From Thermoplasmatota archaeon (GTDB lineage: Archaea > Thermoplasmatota > Thermoplasmata > Halarchaeoplasmatales > Halarchaeoplasmataceae), in assembly GCA_036626005.1 (NCBI GenBank), contig JAZKSP010000001.1, positions 1,344 through 65,343 of the forward strand: a stretch of 64,000 nt of DNA. The letters run 5' to 3'. Shown piece after piece: positions 62,273 through 64,000 of the stretch (its first letter is position 1; every line of letters begins with the position of its first letter). The position numbers and the translations under genes are program-made. The notes under the pieces are model-generated. The model was not told the origin of the DNA. It was given only the letters and a program-made list of their open reading frames with translations, and ran no database searches.

Positions 62273-63079
62273 CTACTGGGTGAATTCTCTCCAATCTAAA
62301 CCTATCGTTCTGCTTCTGAGTTTCAAAACCGTGGGGAATTTTCTTTTATGGACTGAATTATGTATCATCTCTTTCACATCTTCCACGGTACTTTCAGAAA
62401 CCCCGTTCTTCTCTGCTATTTTTTCTAATAGTTCTTGGGCCTCTATACCCTTCAAGACTTCATCTATTTCTTTGTAGGTATGTCCCAGTTCATCTTCATC
62501 CGTTTGTCCCTCCCAGAGACCCGCCCGCGGTACCTTCTCTATGAAGCGTTCCGGCACATCGATCTTTTTGGCCAAATTCTTCACATCTGATTTGTAAACG
62601 TCTCCTATAGGTAGAAAATCCGCGGCGCTATCACCATATTTGGTGGTATATCCCAGTAAAAGTTCGCTCTTGTTGCTAGTTCCGATGACGAGTTTTCTCT
62701 CTACATTTGCCACATAGTATTCGATACAAGCTCTAACCCTAGCCTTCAAGTTCGCATAGGGCAGTTTTTCTTCTGAACTTGCGGGAAAGCACTCCAGTAT
62801 AGGATCTATCTTGTATTCGTCATATTCGATATCCCACTTATCGGCTATCCAACGTGCGTCTCTCATGTCCTCTTCGGGACTCGTGCTCTCAGGCATTATT
62901 ATGCCGTTAACTCTATCTTTTCCGAGAGCATCTATAGAAAGCTTGAGAACGGTGGTGGAATCTAAACCTCCACTCAACCCTAAAACTACCCCCTCTGTAC
63001 CGGTCTTTTCCACTTTATCTGTGATGAAATTCCTGATCAATCTAATATCCTCTTTCATCGGGTCTTGCTCTTGGGACAT
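62273..63079 (-). CDS. nadE: NH3-dependent NAD+ synthetase
   Basis: GLSGGLDS, NLKARVR, GYTTKYGD, GLWEGQTDEDELG. Confidence 0.95.
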   Translation of the reverse strand: MSQEQDPMKEDIRLIRNFITDKVEKTGTEGVVLGLSGGLDSTTVLKLSIDALGKDRVNGIIMPESTSPEEDMRDARWIADKWDIEYDEYKIDPILECFPASSEEKLPYANLKARVRACIEYYVANVERKLVIGTSNKSELLLGYTTKYGDSAADFLPIGDVYKSDVKNLAKKIDVPERFIEKVPRAGLWEGQTDEDELGHTYKEIDEVLKGIEAQELLEKIAEKNGVSESTVEDVKEMIHNSVHKRKFPTVLKLRSRTIGLDWREFTQ

Positions 63080-63154
63080 GGTGAGTGATTGAAAAGGGTC
63101 GTTATTATTTTTATGGGTTTTAAATGAGTTATAAGGGAACTAAGGGAGTATTTT

Positions 63155-63523
63155 TCAAACTTCTTCTACCATGATCTTCTCAGCATCTTTCGCGTCTTTT
63201 AGTTTTTCCGCGTTCTCCACTTTTCCAACCACGTTGACGTCGCTAGCCGCCATTGGCTTATCTCCTGATGAAGCGGGTGTTGGACCGAAAAATATCGCCA
63301 AAGCTTCACCGCTCGGCCAATATCCTATCGTTCCCACTTCGACTTCCTGTTTAGCGGTCTCATCCAACCCCAACTTCAGACCTATAGAAAAATAGAATTC
63401 GTCGCCCCAGATTTGGAAGCCAGACTCGAAGGGTAGATTTTCTTTTATCTTCTCAGCGCACTCGGTATCTGTCAACTCACCTTCTAGTTCTACATCTCCC
63501 GCTTTAATCTTTATTTTAGTCAT
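63155..63523 (-). CDS. Cyclophilin-like fold protein (TM1367/DUF369-like)
   Basis: WGDEFYF and IGYWPSGEALAIFFGPTP. Confidence 0.85.
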   Translation of the reverse strand: MTKIKIKAGDVELEGELTDTECAEKIKENLPFESGFQIWGDEFYFSIGLKLGLDETAKQEVEVGTIGYWPSGEALAIFFGPTPASSGDKPMAASDVNVVGKVENAEKLKDAKDAEKIMVEEV

Positions 63524-63812
63524 TATACCATCAAAATATAATAAGATATAGATTATCAACCTTTCGCTTTATCGAAGGTGTTGAGTTTTCCACCTTTTAA
63601 GTGGATAATATTTCTATTATTGCTGCTTGATTTCCAAATCACAGGGAAATTTTTAAATAAACCCGTTGCTGTCAACATCTAATTAATGACCCTGACAAGG
63701 TGGAATTTCCTAGAATATATGCGAAGGGTTAGTTACCCTGTTTTGTTTTTGAAAGATTTTGAGTTTTTGATGATAGAATCGAAATAATACACAAAAATTG
63801 AAGGTAATCAAC

Positions 63813-64000
63813 ATGAAAGAGATGAAGAAGGATGTTTTGGTAATCGGAGGAGGCATCTCAGGTGTACAGTCCGCTCTGGATCTCGCGGAGAAAGGTTACG
63901 AAGTCGTGATAGTTGACAGGAAACCAAGTATTGGAGGGAACATGGTAAAGCTGGATAAGACCTTCCCTACCGATGACTGTTCTATTTGTATCTCTGCGCC
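63813..64000 (+). CDS. hdrA: Heterodisulfide reductase subunit A-like, 3'-partial (not in the ORF track)
   Basis: Own translation: [31 protein letters not shown]...[33 protein letters not shown]. Confidence 0.9.
   Translation, partial: MKEMKKDVLVIGGGISGVQSALDLAEKGYEVVIVDRKPSIGGNMVKLDKTFPTDDCSICISA

Overview
Archaeal chromosomal window. Evidence: archaeal-type ftsZ-secE-spt5-rpl11, alaS, Alba, GINS, CDC48, a tRNA with a BHB intron, and GGTGA-type Shine-Dalgarno sites. Most proteins are strongly Asp/Glu-rich, which suggests a salt-in halophilic anaerobe living on peptides and amino acids, plausibly Thermoplasmatota (inference only). The window holds about 58 CDSs and 3 tRNAs (Gly-CCC, intron-containing Ala-GGC, Cys-GCA). 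I saw no CRISPR array, rRNA, integrase or transposase. The most notable part is a ~21 kb glutamate/NAD(P)H locus (13.9-35.2 kb). Two different glutamate dehydrogenases bracket two ~1000-aa PPDK/PEP-synthase-like ATP-grasp proteins that lack the pyruvate-binding barrel. One carries receiver-like domains; the other carries a GAF-like domain and a C-terminal nucleotidyltransferase. A metallophosphoesterase sits next to them. I infer a candidate covalent-modification (writer/eraser) system acting on GDH. Next come an RHH regulator, classical NfnAB, and a divergent Bfu/Stn-type three-subunit complex whose NuoE-like subunit shares a ~40-aa zinc-ribbon leader with two small upstream genes. Smaller observations: a perfect 28-bp inverted repeat pair, a duplicated tRNA-Ala 5' end embedded in alternative hairpins, and probable ATT/CTG/ATA start codons. 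All functional calls come from motif recognition by eye; no database searches were run.
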